Shown one piece after another: positions 12,261-25,814 of a DNA stretch of 64,000 nt. The stretch is from Chiloscyllium plagiosum (Eukaryota), in contig NC_057718.1 in the NCBI RefSeq assembly GCF_004010195.1, forward strand, positions 73,717,931 to 73,781,930, in the 5' to 3' direction. Each line of letters opens with the position of its first letter. The stretch's first letter is position 1. The notes under the pieces are model-generated. The model was not told the origin of the DNA. It saw only the letters and a program-made list of their open reading frames with translations, and ran no database searches. A program made the position numbers and the translations under genes.

Positions 12261-13880
12261 AAAACATATAGAACATAGAACATTACAGTGCAGTACAGGC
12301 TCTTTAGCCCTCGATTTTGTGCTGACCCGTGAAACCAATCTGAAACCTATCTATCTTACACTATTCCATTTCCATCCATATGTTTATCCAATGACCATTT
12401 AAATGCCCTTACAATTGGCGAGTCTACTACTGTTGCAGGCAGTGTGTTCCACACCCCTACTACTCTGAGTAAAGAAACTACCTCTGACATCTGTCTTATA
12501 TCTATCACCCCTTAACTTAGAGTTATGTCTCCTCATGTTAGCCATCGCCAGCTGTGGAAAAAGGTTCTCACCATCCATCGTATCTAATCTTCTGATGATC
12601 TTCTATGCCTTTATTAAGTCACCTCTCAACCTTCCTCTCTCGAACGAAAACAGCTTCAAGTCCCTCCACTTTTCCTTGTAAAACTTTCGCTCCATACCAG
12701 GCAACATCCTAGTAGATCTCTTCTGAACCCTCTCCGAAACATCCACACCCTTCTGATAATGTGGTGACCACCATTATTTGTATCGTCTGCAAACTTACTA
12801 ATTAGACCAGCTACATTTTCCTCCAAATCATTTATGTAGACTACAAACCTCAGAGGTCCTAGCAGTGATCCCTATGGAACACCAGTAGTCATAGTCCTCC
12901 ATTCTGAAAAGCATCTTTCCACAGCTAACCTGTTTCCTACGATTAAGCCAGCTCTGTATTCATCTTACCAGCTCACCCAGATATCTTTTGTACCAGTCTG
13001 TTATGAGGGACCTTAACAAATGCATTACTGAAGTCCATGTAGACAACATCTAACTGCTTTTCCATCAATCATCTTCGTCACCTCCTCAAATAATTTGTAC
13101 AAGTCAGTGAGGCACGACCTCTGCCCTGTTCAAAACCATTCTGTCTATCACTTATAAGTCCACTTTCTTCTAAATGTATAGATCTTGTCTCTGAGAATCT
13201 TTTCCAATAGTTTCCATACCACTAACGTGAGGCTCACATGCCCGTAATTTCCTGGATTATCCCTGTTACCTTTCTTAAGCAATGGGAGAACATTGGCGAA
13301 TCTTCAGTTCTCTGGGACCTCACCTTTGGCCATATAGGACACAAAGGTGTCTGCCAATGCTTCAGCAATTTGTTCTCTTGCCTTCCTCAGTATCATAAAA
13401 CATATAGAACATAGAACATTACAGGCCCTTCAGCCCTCGATTTTGCGCTGACCTGTGAAACCAATCTGAAACCTATCTGTCTTACACTATTCATTTTCAT
13501 CCATATGTTTATCCAATGACCATTTAAATGCCCTTAAAATTGGCAAATCTACTACTATTGGAGGCAGGCCATTCCACACCCCTACTACTCTCAAAATAAA
13601 GAAACTACCTCTGATATCTGTCCTATATCTATCACCCTTCAATTTAGAGTTATGTCCCCTCATGTTAGCCATCGCCATCTCACTGTCCCTCATATCTAAT
13701 TTTCTGATGATCTTCTATGTCTCTATTAAGTCACCTCTCAACCTTCTTCTCTCAAATGAAAAAAGCCTCAAGTCCCTCCGCATTTCCTCGTAAAACTTTC
13801 ATTCCATACCAGGCAACATCCTAGTAAATCTCCTCTGATCCCTCTCCCAAGCTTCCACATACTTCCTATAATGTGGTGAT
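11381..13880. repeat. Tandem duplication of a composite CR1/CR1 block (~11381-12770 and ~12771-13880)
   Basis: Both copies share the same junctions (gtgaccac|attat.tgtatcgtctgc and ctcagtatcat|aaaacatatagaacatagaac); the HE1 SINE is only in copy 1. Confidence 0.85.
11673..11908 (+). mobile_element. HE1-type V-SINE, 5' truncated
   Basis: V-domain tggagtttgcacgttctccccgtgtctgcgtgggtttcctccgggtgctccggtttcctccca; CR1-like tail gggccgaagggcctgtttccacactgta; (aatct)n end. Confidence 0.9.
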
Positions 13881-14552
13881 CAGAACTGTATGCAATACTC
13901 CAAGTGCACCAAAGTTTTGTACAGCTGCAGCATGACCTCATGGCTCTGAAACTCAGTCATAGAGTCATAGAGTCATAGAGTCATAGAGATATACAGCATG
14001 GAAATAGATCCTTCGGTCCAATTCGTCCATGCAAACCAGATATCCCAACCCAATCTAGTCCCAAGTCCCATCCAGTTCAAGGCACTTATCTATTTTCACA
14101 CTTGCCAGAATTGCTAACACCTCCTCCTTGTGAACCTCAATCCCATCTAGTCTAAGAGCCTGTATCTCAGTACTCTCCTTGACAACATTGTCTTTTTCCA
14201 AAATGACGAAAAATATTAATTTAGCATTTCCCCTACCTCCTTAGAATCCACACACAACTTCCCATTACTATCCTTGATTGGCCCTAATCTTACTCTACTC
14301 ATTCTTTTATTCCTGATATACCTGTAGAAAGTTTTAGGTTTTTCTTGATCCTATCTGCCAATGACTTCTCATGTCCCCACACAGCTCCTCTTAGCTCTCT
14401 CTTTAGGTCCTTCCGGGCTAACTCATAACTCTCAAGCGCCCTAACTGAGCTTTCATGTCTCATCCTAACATAATTTGGAGATGCCGGTGTTGGACTGGGG
14501 TGTACAAAGTTAAAAATCACACAACACCAGGTTATAGGTTTAATTGGAAGCA

Positions 14553-14587
14553 CACTAGCTTTCAGAGCGACGCTCCTTCATCAGGTG
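14553..14587 (-). ncRNA. Minimal hammerhead ribozyme motif (family B)
   Basis: Reverse complement reads CAC-CTGATGA-A-GGAGC-GTC-GCTCT-GAAA-GCTA-GTG. Confidence 0.72.
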
Positions 14588-14682
14588 ATAGTGGAGAGCT
14601 CGATCGTAACACAGAATTTATAGCAAAAATTTACAGTGTGATGTAACTGAAATTATACATTGAAAAATTGATTGTCTGTTAA

Positions 14683-15033
14683 NNNNNNNNNNNNNNNNNN
14701 NNNNNNNNNNNNNNNNNNNNNNNNNNNNNNNNNNNNNNNNNNNNNNNNNNNNNNNNNNNNNNNNNNNNNNNNNNNNNNNNNNNNNNNNNNNNNNNNNNNN
14801 NNNNNNNNNNNNNNNNNNNNNNNNNNNNNNNNNNNNNNNNNNNNNNNNNNNNNNNNNNNNNNNNNNNNNNNNNNNNNNNNNNNNNNNNNNNNNNNNNNNN
14901 NNNNNNNNNNNNNNNNNNNNNNNNNNNNNNNNNNNNNNNNNNNNNNNNNNNNNNNNNNNNNNNNNNNNNNNNNNNNNNNNNNNNNNNNNNNNNNNNNNNN
15001 NNNNNNNNNNNNNNNNNNNNNNNNNNNNNNNNN
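14683..15033. other. Assembly gap (N run)
   Basis: Run of N. Confidence 0.99.
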
Positions 15034-15164
15034 AGTGAAACTATCACTGTATTCTAACAGATGAAAGGCTTAACAGACAATCAATTTTTCAATGTATAAT
15101 TTCAGTTACATCACACTGTAAATTTTTGCTATAAATTCTGTGTTACGATCGAGCTCTCCACTAT

Positions 15165-15199
15165 CACCTGATGAAGGAGCGTCGCTCTGAAAGCTAGTG
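15165..15199 (+). ncRNA. Minimal hammerhead ribozyme motif (family B)
   Basis: CAC-CTGATGA-A-GGAGC-GTC-GCTCT-GAAA-GCTA-GTG; stem II has 5 pairs, closing pair G.U. Confidence 0.72.
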
Positions 15200-15671
15200 T
15201 GCTTCCAATTAAACCTGTTGGACTGGAACCTGGTGTTGTGTGATTTTTAACTTTGTACATCCTAACATAAGCCTTCTTCTTCCTCTTGACAAGAGATTCA
15301 ACTTCTTTAGTAAACCATGGCTCCCTCACTCAACTATTTCCTCCCTGCTTGACATACTTATCAAGGATATACAGTAGCTGTTCCTTGAATAAGCTCCATA
15401 TTTCAAATTGTGCCCATCCCCTGCAGTTTCCTTCCCCATCCTATGCATCCTAAACCTTGCCTAATCACATCATATTTGCCTTTACCCCAGCAATGACTCT
15501 TGTCCTGTGTCACGTACCTATCCCTTTCTATCACTAAAGTAATCATAACCAAATTGTGGTCACTATCACCAAAGTGCTCACCTACTTCCAAATCTAACAA
15601 CTGACCTGGTTCATTACCCAGTACCAAATCCAATTTGGCCTCAACCCTTGTTGGCTTGTCTGGATAATGTG

Positions 15672-15861
15672 GAGAAAGTAAGGACTGCAGATGCTGGAGA
15701 CCAGAGTTGAAAAGTGTGGTGCTGGAAAAACACAGCAGGCCAGGCAGCATCCAAGGAGCAGGAGAATTGATATTTCGGGCATAAGCCCTTCTTCAGGAAG
15801 GGCTTATGGCTGGAAAGTCGATTCTCCTGCTCCTTGGATGCTGCCTGGCCTGCTGTGTTTT
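15672..15861. mobile_element. Short fold-back Penelope-type element (family A)
   Basis: Inverted arms; TSD tct(g/a)gataatgtg at 15659-15671 and 15862-15874. Confidence 0.78.
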
Positions 15862-17419
15862 TCTAGATAATGTGTCAGGAAACCATTATGCACACCTTGA
15901 ACAAAATCTGGCCCATCTAATGTACTCAAACTATAGTATTTCTAGTCAATATATGGAAATTTAAAGTCCACCATAACAACTACCCTGTTACTCTCGCTCT
16001 TATCCAGAATTATCTTTGCTATCTTTTCCTCTACATCTCTGGAACTTTTCGGAGGCTATAAAAAACTCCCAACAGGGTGACCTCTCCTTTCCTGTTTCTA
16101 ACCTCAGCCCATACTACCTCAGTAGATGAGCCCTCAAACCTTTTTCTGCCACTATAATACTGTCCTTGACTAACAATGTCACACCTCCCCCTCTTTTACC
16201 ATCTTCTCTGTTCTTACTGAAATATCTAAAACCTGGAACCTGCAACAACCATTCCTATGCCTGCTCTATCCATGTCTCTGAAATGGCCGCAACATGGAAC
16301 TCATAGATTCCAACCCATGCTGCAAATTCAACTACTTTATTCTAGATGCTCTTGGTGTTGAAGTAGACACACCACCAACCATCTTCCTGCTTGCAAGTAA
16401 ACTCTTGTAACTTTGAAACCTCATTTCTGACCTCATTACTCTCAACCTCTTGGACACTGGAACTACAATTTAGGTTCCAATCCCCTTGCTGAATTAGTTT
16501 AAACCCTCCCGAACAGCTTTGGCAAATTTCCCCAATTATCCAGGTATCTGAAACCTTCCCTCCTGCACCATCCCTGTAGCCACGTGTTCAACTCCTCTCT
16601 CTCCCTATTCCTCGCCTTGCTAGCATGTGGCATGAGCAACAAACCAGAAATAACAACACTGTTTGTTCTAGCACTAAGCCTCCACCCTAGCTCTCTGAAT
16701 TTCTGCCTTAAATCCCCATCATTTTTCCTACCTATATCATTAGTACCTATGAGGACCACGAGTTGGGGCTGCTCCCCCTCCTCCTCAGGGATCCAGAAAC
16801 ACAATCGGAGACATCACGAACCCTGGCACCTGGGAGGCAACACACCAAACGTGAGTCTCTCTCATTCCCACAGAACCTCTATCTGTCCCCTTAACTATGG
16901 AGTCCGCAATAACTAATGCTCTGCTCCTCTCCCCACTTGCCTTCTGAGCAATAGGGACAGACTCTGTGCCAGAGACTTGTATCCCATTACTTATCCTTGG
17001 TAAGTTATTTTCCTCCCCCAACAATATCCAAAATGGTATACTTGTTATTGAGGGGACCGGCCACAAGGGTTCCTTGCATTACCTGCTGGTTCCCTTTCCG
17101 TCCCCTGACTGTAACCCATCTGCTTCCCGAGGTGTGACTACCTTCCTGTAACTCCTCTCAATGACCCCCTCTGCCTCCCGAATGATCCGAACGTCATCCA
17201 GCTCCAGCTCCAGTTCCCTAATGTGGTTTTCAAAGACCCTCACCTCCCACATTATGCAGGAGGAACATTCAACTGCCACCATTCCCACTATTCTAAATTC
17301 CCAAAGAGACCATTGAGAAACAAAGAATTTTAAAAAACTAGTAACCTTACCAATCTGGCACATTGAACTTTTTTTTTGGTTGGAGGAGGAGGATGGGTGG
17401 GAGACACTATTTAAGTAGT

Positions 17420-20075
17420 GTATCCTGGGATAGATCCCATCAGGTTCCACGGAGTTATCTACCTTAATACTTTTGAAGACACAAAACATCTCTTCCTTTA
17501 TAATAGCAACTTGGATTAGAGATCTGACACCCCCTTCCCTGAGATCATCCTCCACCAATTCCTTCTCTTTGGTGAACACCGACACAAAATATTTGTGTAG
17601 GACCTCACCTTTCTCTTTGGGCTGTATATATAGATTCCCTTTGTCCTCGAGTAGGTCAATTTTTTCCTTGGCTACCCTATTGCTTGTTATATATGTATAA
17701 AAAGCCTTTGGATTCTCCTTAATCCTGTTTGCTAATAACTTTTCATGATCCTTTTTAGCCCTTCTAATTCTTTGTTTAAGTTTTTTCCTTTTTTCCTTAT
17801 ATACTTCAAGGGTTTTATCAGTTCCCATCCTCTTAGACCTAACATATGCTTCCTTTTTCTTTTTGACCAAGGTTGTAACATCCTGGTCATCCAAGGTTCA
17901 CATAACTTGCCATACCTATCCTTAATTCTTGCAGGAACATGCCACTCCTGAACTCTTGTCAACTGTCGTTTGAAATGCTCCTATATGTCCGATGTGGATT
18001 TCCCCTCAAATAGCCACCTCCAATCAACATTCTTCACTTCCTGTCTAATATTGTTGTAGTTTGCCTTCCCCCAGTTTAACAGCTTCACCCGAGGACTGCT
18101 GTTATCTTGAGTATCTTAAAACTCACTGTATTATGGTCACCCTTCCCAACATGCTCCCCACTGAAACGTCACTCACCTGGTTGGGCTCATTTCCCAAAAC
18201 CAGATGCTGTATGCTGTGTCAAGAAACCTTACTGAATGGTCCTTACAAATTTTGCCCCATCCAAACCCCAGCATAAAGTGAGTCCCAGTCAATATAGGGG
18301 AAGTTAACATCACCCACTACAACAACCTTGCTGTTTTTACATCTTCCAAAATCTGTCTACAAATTCTCTCTTCTTTCTCCCAATGGCTGTTGGGAGGCTG
18401 TAATCTACCCCCAGCATTGTGATTTCACCTTTCCTGTTCCTGAGTTCTACCCATATTGCCTCGCTGCATGAGTTCTCTGATGTATCCTCCCTCAGCACAG
18501 CTATGAGATATTCCTTTACCAGTAATGCAAATCCCCCACTTCTTTTACATCCCTTTCTATCACACCTGAAACATCTAAATCCTGGAATATTCAGTCCTGT
18601 CCCTCTTTCAGCCAAGTCTCCATAACTGCAATAATGTCATAGTTCCAAGTACTAACCAAAGCTCTAAGTTCATCTCCCTTTCCCATTATACTTTTTTGTA
18701 TAGAAACAGCTCCACTTCAGGTGACTTCACCTGCTTTTTTCAGCAGTATTTCCTGCCTGTTCTTGTTCTTAGTTATGCTTGCCTTGGTTTCTACCTCTCC
18801 CCCAGTTTCTGCATCTACTGGCCTACTCCTCTGGATCCCATATTCCTGCCATACCACTTTAAACCCTCTCCACCCACTTTACCAAGTACCCTCCCAAGGA
18901 CACTAGTTCCGGTCCTGGCCAGGTATAATCCTTCCAGTTTGTATAGGTCCCAGCTCCCCCAGAACCAGTCCCAATGCTCAACAAATCTGAAACCCTCCCC
19001 TTCACACCATCTTTTAAGCCACCATCTGTTAGTTAAATTTATTCCACTGTTTCTACACTGACTAGTTTGTGGCACTTGTCATAATAACTGCATTTAGATT
19101 AGATTACTTACAGTGTGGAAACAGGCCCTTCGGCCCAACAAGTCCACACCGACCCACCGAAGAGCAACCCACCCAGACCTATTCCCCTACATTTACCCCT
19201 TCACCTAATACTATGAGCAATTTAGCATGGCCAATTCACCTAACCTGCACATTTTTGGACTGTGGGAGGAAACCAATGCAGACACGGGGAGAATGTGCAA
19301 ACTCCACACAGACAGTTGCCTGAGGCGGGAATTGAACCCGGGTCTCTGGCGCTGTGAGGCAGCAGTGCTAACCACTGTGCCACCATGCCGCCCATGATTT
19401 GAGATCCTACATTTCAGCTTTCTTCCCAGTTGTCTATATTCTGCTTTTAGGACCTTATACCTTTTATTACCTATATTGTTAGTACCGATGTGTACCACAA
19501 CCACTGGCTGTTGGTCTTTCCTCTCCAGAATGTCCTGCAACTGCTCTGAGACATCCAGGACCCTAGCATTAGGGATGCAACACATCCATGTTGGACTCTT
19601 GTTTGCAGTTACAGAAAAGCCTATCTGTTACTGGTATGATTGAATCTTCGACAACTATAGCATTTGTATGCCTATTTCTCCATCCCTCTGCAGTAGAGCC
19701 AACCATGGTGCCATGAATTTGGCTGCTGCTGTATTGTCCTGAGAGGCCATTCTTCTCAACAGTATCCAAAATAGTATATCTGTTTTGCAGGGGGAATAGC
19801 CAGAGATTCCACACTTCCTGCTTAGCCCTCCTGCTCTGACTGGTGGTCACCCATTCCTTTCCCTCCTGTGGAGTCTGAGTTTGCAGTTTGATTACCTCTC
19901 TATACGTGCTATCCACAATACTCTCTGCCTCGCGAATGCTCCACAGTGTCCCCAGATGCTGCTGGAACTCCAAATCTTGGGCTTTCAAGAGCTGCAGCTG
20001 GAAACACATCTTGCACATATGCAAATCCTTGGCACTGGAAATATGCCTGGCTTCCCTCATGGAGCAAGAGGAGCA
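17420..20075 (-). mobile_element. CR1 LINE (ORF1 + APE + start of RT)
   Basis: HMCKMCFQLQLL; VEDSII; VVVHIGTNNIG; HWDWFWGSWDLYKLEGLYLARTG; WVELRNRKGEITMLGV; ENPKAFYTYI. Confidence 0.88.
19094..19393 (-). mobile_element. HE1-type V-SINE, full length
   Basis: tRNA-like head ggcggcatggtggcacagtggttagcac...gggttcaattcc; V-domain; (aatct)n tail. Confidence 0.92.
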
Positions 20076-20084
20076 GACACTATG

Positions 20085-20340
20085 GAGATGATGAGGAATT
20101 TCTTCAGCCGGAGACTGGTGACCCTGTGGAACTCATTGCCACAGAAGGCCATGGAGGCCAATTCATTTAGTACATTTAAGACAGAAATAGATAGGTTCTT
20201 GATTATTAAGGGGATCAAAGGTTACGGGAAAAAGGCAGGAGAATGAAATTGAGAAATATATTAGCCATGATCAAATGGTGGTGCTGTCTTGATGGGTATA
20301 ATGACCTAATTCTGCTACTTTATCTTATAGTTTTATGGAC
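20085..20340 (+). mobile_element. CR1 3' end (different subfamily)
   Basis: MRNFFSRRLVTLWNSLPQKAMEANSFSTFKTEIDRFL + 3' UTR. Confidence 0.85.
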
Positions 20341-21407
20341 TTAAATGAACACTTATCTCTTCGACCAAACATTATTCAATTTGCCACCTTGTGTCACAGT
20401 GCCAGGTTTAGCTCCTATGAATAACAGTTTCTATTTCATGATAAATGCTGAACAAATGCAAATTAATACATCGTATTTTGTCTGCCAATTAGTTGAATTT
20501 GGATCTCATGAATATGTAATGAGCACGTGTGATTACATAGACAGTGTTTGAAAATTTAAGTTGGACAAGCTTTCTTTACAGAACTCCAAGGAACTTATTT
20601 GACCAAAACAATCTTATGTTTCATTATAGACATTTCTGAAGAATACTTAAAATGTACTGTTGCTTTACTAAAAGTTGAATTTCCTCTGAGGTAATGTTGT
20701 TTCTCCATTAATCCAAGAATACAATTTGAATCTCTTATTACATTGCATCTTTGGATCTCTTGCGTTAACTTGATACTGAGAAGTTTCACCAGTTTAATCT
20801 GATTGTTTCCATCTGATATGTAGGCCAGGTTAAGGCAGGCAGACCTGAAAGATAAAGTGTAGAGTGCAGTAGTGCTAATGGACAAATCTTCACCCTCAGG
20901 GAAAGAAGGAAAAGCACAGTTCAAGAATGCATTCACATCTATAGCAGTCTCTGTTACAATCTGCAATTGCTTGTTTAATTTCTATTTTCATAGAACCATG
21001 GATTCCTTGCAGATCCATCATGTCCATGTTAGCCCTAAGGAAGGATTCACTGCTACTCACCACTGCCCGCTCCATCCCCAACACCCACCGTCCCCACCTC
21101 CTTAAACATTCCTTCTCTATAGTTATTTTGAAAGAAATATATAAAAATTAAAACATCATGGAGGCCTCTCTGTCCATTATTTCTATGCCAACTGAGAAAC
21201 AAATCACCCAGCCTCATTCCTTTTCCAGCACTTAGTCTGTAACCCTGAGGCTATGGAACTTCAGGTGCAAAATCTAGACACCTTTTAAACGAGTTGAGAA
21301 TTTTTCCTCTATGCCTTTTTCAACCAGTGGGTTCCAGACATACACCCACCACCACCACCACACTCTTTGATGAAGTGACCAGAACTGCAAACCGTTTTCA
21401 AGTTGTA

Positions 21408-21573
21408 GTCCAACAGGTTTATTTGGAAGGACTAGTTTCGGAGCGGTGCGTATCTGATGAAGAAGCAGCCCTCCAAAAGCTAGTGCTTCCAAATAAACCT
21501 GTCAGACTATAACCTGGTGTTGTGTATTTTTAACTTTGTACACCCCAGTCCAACACGGCTCCTCCACATTATG
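21408..21573. mobile_element. Short fold-back Penelope-type element (family B), 14-bp TSD
   Basis: TSD gttttcaagttgta at 21394-21407 and 21574-21587; degenerate core ctgatgaagaagcagccctccaaaagctagtg. Confidence 0.8.
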
Positions 21574-23234
21574 GTTTTCAAGTTGTAACCTAACTAGCGT
21601 TTAAACTCCAGCATAACCTAATGGGAATCATTGTAAAGACTTTTAAGGTCTCCGTTTTGTTATTCTTCCATTCATCCATACATTCATTAGTAACTCAAAC
21701 ATCAGTGGCAATGTGAGAGTCATGCATGTAAGTGATACTAAATCTAATTAGGTATGGAATTTGACTCAAAATGTAAAGTCGGAAGAGATAGTAATTTCTG
21801 AAACACCAGTGATAAGTGCCACCTAATATTTTTATTCCCCTGGCTTTATTAGGACTGAGTTGGAGCAGTCCATGTTTGGTCAGCTGATGTAACTAAACCT
21901 GATTTGTGTCCCCACCCATGCCCAATTTCATTTTCTTCTGTGTCTTCAAATGAGTATTTAAATGGTAAACCCTTACTTTCTATCATTTTTTCTGATGACA
22001 GCTGCCTGACCTGCTGTGCTTTTCCAGCACCACACTCTCAACTCTGATCACCAGCATCTGCAGTCCCTACCTTCTCCTTGAATTGGGGTGGACAAAGTTA
22101 AAAATCACACAACACCAGCATTCCAGTCTGTAAAATGTCCCAACAGGTGGAAGGTGTTTGAGATGAATCGGTGCCAGATAAAAGCCCTCAAGCATTATTA
22201 TTAAATAAAGCATTAGAAGCAGCATAGTTACTAAGATATATTTGTAAAATTAGAATATTTGACCTATTGAGTCAGTTCCACATTTATTGAAATGTAAATA
22301 AATACATTTCTTTACTACATCCCAGAAACAAAATGAGATATCCAGAATCTGGATTCTTACTTATAAAACCAGTTTCATGTTGATTAACCCCAAGTGCAAA
22401 ATTGCTGATAGTACAGTTTAAAAATAAATCTACCTATTCAGGGATGTTATGACAGACCACTTAATTAGATGGGACTCGATGTTGTGCTTCCTAGTTCAGC
22501 CATAGAGAGATGTCACTGCGCCACAAGAGCTCGCATCATTCAAAGTATAAATGAAGCCTGGAAGTTCCATTCACATGCACGACATTGCAGTGGTTCAGCC
22601 TCCACCACATTGGAAAGATGTGTGACATGGAAACGCCAATGTTGGACTGGGGTGGACAAAGTCAAAAATCACAAAATTAATTACTCACTGGGGTGGACAA
22701 AAGTCAAAAAAGTAAAGATAACCTGGCGTTGTGTGAGTTTTCACGTTGGAAAGAGTCTGAGAGATGCCAGTTTTATATAGTGAAAACTCAAACATCGTAG
22801 AATTATACAGTGCAGAAAATATTTATTCGGCCTCCCTGTGAGTGCCAGCCCTTTGAAAGGACTTCCCAGCTTATCCATGACCTCTCCCATAACCTGTCCC
22901 TATAGTGCTGAACTAATATTAATCTTAAAGTATTCATTTTGTGAGAATTATTGATTCAACATACCCTATTGTTCAAGCAGTGTTTTCCTGAGAATAACTT
23001 TATGTAGAAAATGCCCATGCCATATCTCTACTGATTCTTTTTCAAACACTATGGCCAATTTCTCTGCATCAGACAATGTGTCTCAGCAGGGATCCTGACC
23101 TGTATATCTCAGGGAGCATAGCAAACAGTGCTTGGCAATTTTGAGAGCATCTTCTGATTCAGACAAAGACACTTCAAATAGATGAAACAAGGAGTTTCAT
23201 ATCAGAGGATAAGTGAATAATTATAAAATGTATT

Positions 23235-23620
23235 AAGAACATAAGAACTAGGAGCAGGAGTAGGCCATTTGGCCTTTTGAGCCTGCTCTGCCATTCAATA
23301 AGATCACGGCTGATCTTTTCGTGGACTCAGATCCACTTACCTGTGCTCTCACCATATCCCTTTGTTCTTTTATTTGTCAAATAAAATCTGTCTTAGCTTT
23401 AAAAACATTTACTCGTCAACTACTTCACTGGGCAGGGAATTCCATAGATTTACAACCTACTGGGTGAAGAAGTTCCTTCTCAAGTTAGTCCTAAATCTGC
23501 TCTGTCTTGAGGCTATGCCCTCTTGTCCTAGTTTCACCTGCCAGTGGGAACATCCTCTCTACTTCTGTCTTACCTATTCCCTTCATAATTGTATATGTTT
23601 CTATAAGATCCCCCCTCATT
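23235..23620 (-). mobile_element. CR1 3' end flanked by a 107-bp direct repeat
   Basis: Tail aagaacataagaactaggagcaggagtaggcc; flanks 23128-23234 and 23630-23736 differ at about 4 positions. Confidence 0.85.
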
Positions 23621-24351
23621 CAGAAGAATGTGCTTGGCAATTTTGAGAGCATCTTCTGATTTAGACAAAGACACTTCAAACAGATGAAACAGGGAGTTTC
23701 ATATCAGAGGATGAGTGAATAATTATAAAATGTATTTATTAAGGTATAGCCAACGTGTTAATTAATGGAATATGGCGGATGATGAGTCTAGTCTAGCCAT
23801 ATTGTATGCCTTGACCTAAAATTATTCAAATTGAACAATATCCTGTTTTGTACTATAGTGCTTCAATGAAATGCCTTAGTACATTTTATTCCTTCAAATG
23901 CATTACATATATAATAGTTGTTATCGTTTTGTTTTAACATTATCCGCTGAGACTATAGATTAAGCAAAGAGACAATTTGATCTCACAGATATGTATAACC
24001 ATAGAAAATTTAGTGTAATAGGGAAAGCAGGGCAATTAAAAGAAAGATAATCAGTAATATACCTAATCAACTTAAAAGTTTGGCTACAGCCAGAGTATTA
24101 CAGCAATTTCTGCTTCGCATCTTGGGAAATATGTTAAATTCTTGGAAATATGTCAAATTCTTTCAGTGGTGCAGAGGAGATTTACCTGAAAGCTTCCAAA
24201 AGTGAGGGACTTTATCCACATGGTCAGTTTCAAACTGGGTTTTTTTCCCCCTAGGATGAAAAGGAGATTAAGGAGAAAGATAACGGGGTCATACTTGATC
24301 ACAGTGGCTTTCTGAAAGATACACACATATAGGAAAAAAAAGTTCCCTTCA

Positions 24352-25050
24352 ATTCATAGATCCTTGAAAGTGGAGTTGTAGAGAGATAGGATAGTGAAGA
24401 AGGCGTTTGGCATGCTTTCCTTTATTGCTCAGAGTATCGAGTACAAGAGTTGGGAGGTCGTGCTGCGGCTGTACAAGACATTGGTTAGGTCACTTTTGGA
24501 ATATTGCATGCAATTCTGGTCTCCTTCGTATCAGAAGGATGTTATGAAACTTGAAAGGGTTCAGAAAAGATTTACAAGGATGTTGCCAGGGTTGGAGGAT
24601 TTGAGCTATAGGGAGAGGTTAAATAGGCTGGGGCTGTTTTCCCTGGGGTGTCGAAGGCAGAGGGGTGACCTTATAGATGTCTGCAAAATCATGAAGGGCA
24701 TGGATAGGATAAATAGACAAAGTCTCTTCCCTGGGTTGAGGGAGTCCAGAACTAGAGGGCATAGGTTTAGGGTGAGCGGGAAAAGATATAAAAGAGACCT
24801 AAGGGGTAACGTTTTCACGCAGGGGTTGGTAGGTGTATGGAATGAGCTGCCAGAGGAAGTGGTGGAGGTTAATACAATTGTAACATTTAATAAGCATCTG
24901 GACAGGTATATGAATAGGAAGGGTTTGAGGGATATGGGCCAGGTGCTGGCAGGTGGGACTAGATTCGGTTGGGATATCTGGTCGGCATGGATGAGTTGGA
25001 TCAAAGGGTCTCTTTCCATGCTGTACATCTCTATGACTCTATCACTCTAT
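24352..25050 (+). mobile_element. CR1 3' end, relatively young
   Basis: ORF 24394.. KKAFGMLSFI...LEYCMQFWSP...WNELPEEVV; (gactctat)n-like tail. Confidence 0.92.
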
Positions 25051-25814
25051 GACAATCTGAGCCAGGTGTTGTTGAATTGGTTGCTCCCTTCTCAGGTTAT
25101 GATAGTCTGCCATCAGGTTATGATGCATAGCAAGGGAGGCAGCAGGATTAAGATCACTAGACTCATCATCCGCCATATTGCCCAGGAGCTTCTTGTGGAG
25201 TGGAGTGACCAATGACTTTTTGTTCTCTGCAACATCTGCCATAACCAATGGTGGCAATTTTAATTGTAGCTTTAAATGAGATTTAGAAAAGACATATAAA
25301 CTCTCCTGATCAATTAGCCATGATCGATCTCTTTCTCTTATCATCGAAGGAGTACCCCTTCAAGAAATGTTTTCAACTGCATGTGCAAGCCATTTACGTT
25401 GTGTGCAATGCAGATACTAATATGCTGATAGCCACCCTGGCTATTCTGGGAATGTGCAAACATATGTAGGTCACTCAGCCCTTCTGACCTGCTCTGCTCC
25501 TCAATCAGATCATGCCTGCTAATTATCCCCAATTATCTGCCTCGACAAATTCATGATGCTCCTTGTCTTGCAAGCCTGCAATGGTCCTAAAATGCACAAA
25601 CCTTTAGAGGAATGACTTCTAAATTTTAGATCCATTACTATGTCTAAAATTGATTTTTCTCTTTTCTTCCAAACTTTCTGAATATAATTTGTGTCCTTTG
25701 CTGAGTAAACAGTTCATTATGGTTTTTAATAGTCCATCAAGTTTGTTTGTTTGATCGTTTGGCATTATTGAGCAAGTAATGAATTTTATATCAATGTTTA
25801 CCATAGCTTAACAT

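Larger units (their letters stand above)
14474..15257. mobile_element. Fold-back Penelope-type element (family B) spanning an N gap, 13-bp TSD
   Basis: ~14500-14682 is the reverse complement of ~15071-15258; TSD catcctaacataa at 14461-14473 and 15258-15270. Confidence 0.85.
13955..17390 (-). mobile_element. CR1 LINE (ORF1 + APE + partial RT) with an adjacent CR1 3' tail at 13955-14065
   Basis: VECSSCIMWEV at ~17280; IADSIVKGTD; VVLIGTNDIGRK; LDLVLGNEPGQ...GEHFGDSDHN; (agtcatag)n tail. Confidence 0.88.

Noticed and set aside
14672..15064. Long ORFs of X residues (also 48245-48827)
   Set aside because: Artefacts of N gaps
17079..17894. 271-aa ORF as a host gene
   Set aside because: Chance fusion of one CR1's ORF2 with the next CR1's ORF1
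20595..20966. 123-aa ORF with an acceptor-like ctttatctttcag on the - strand
   Set aside because: No recognisable protein family or partner exons; cannot be supported as a CDS
24394..25215. 273-aa ORF as a host gene
   Set aside because: CR1 RT C-terminus reading through the 3' UTR into flanking DNA
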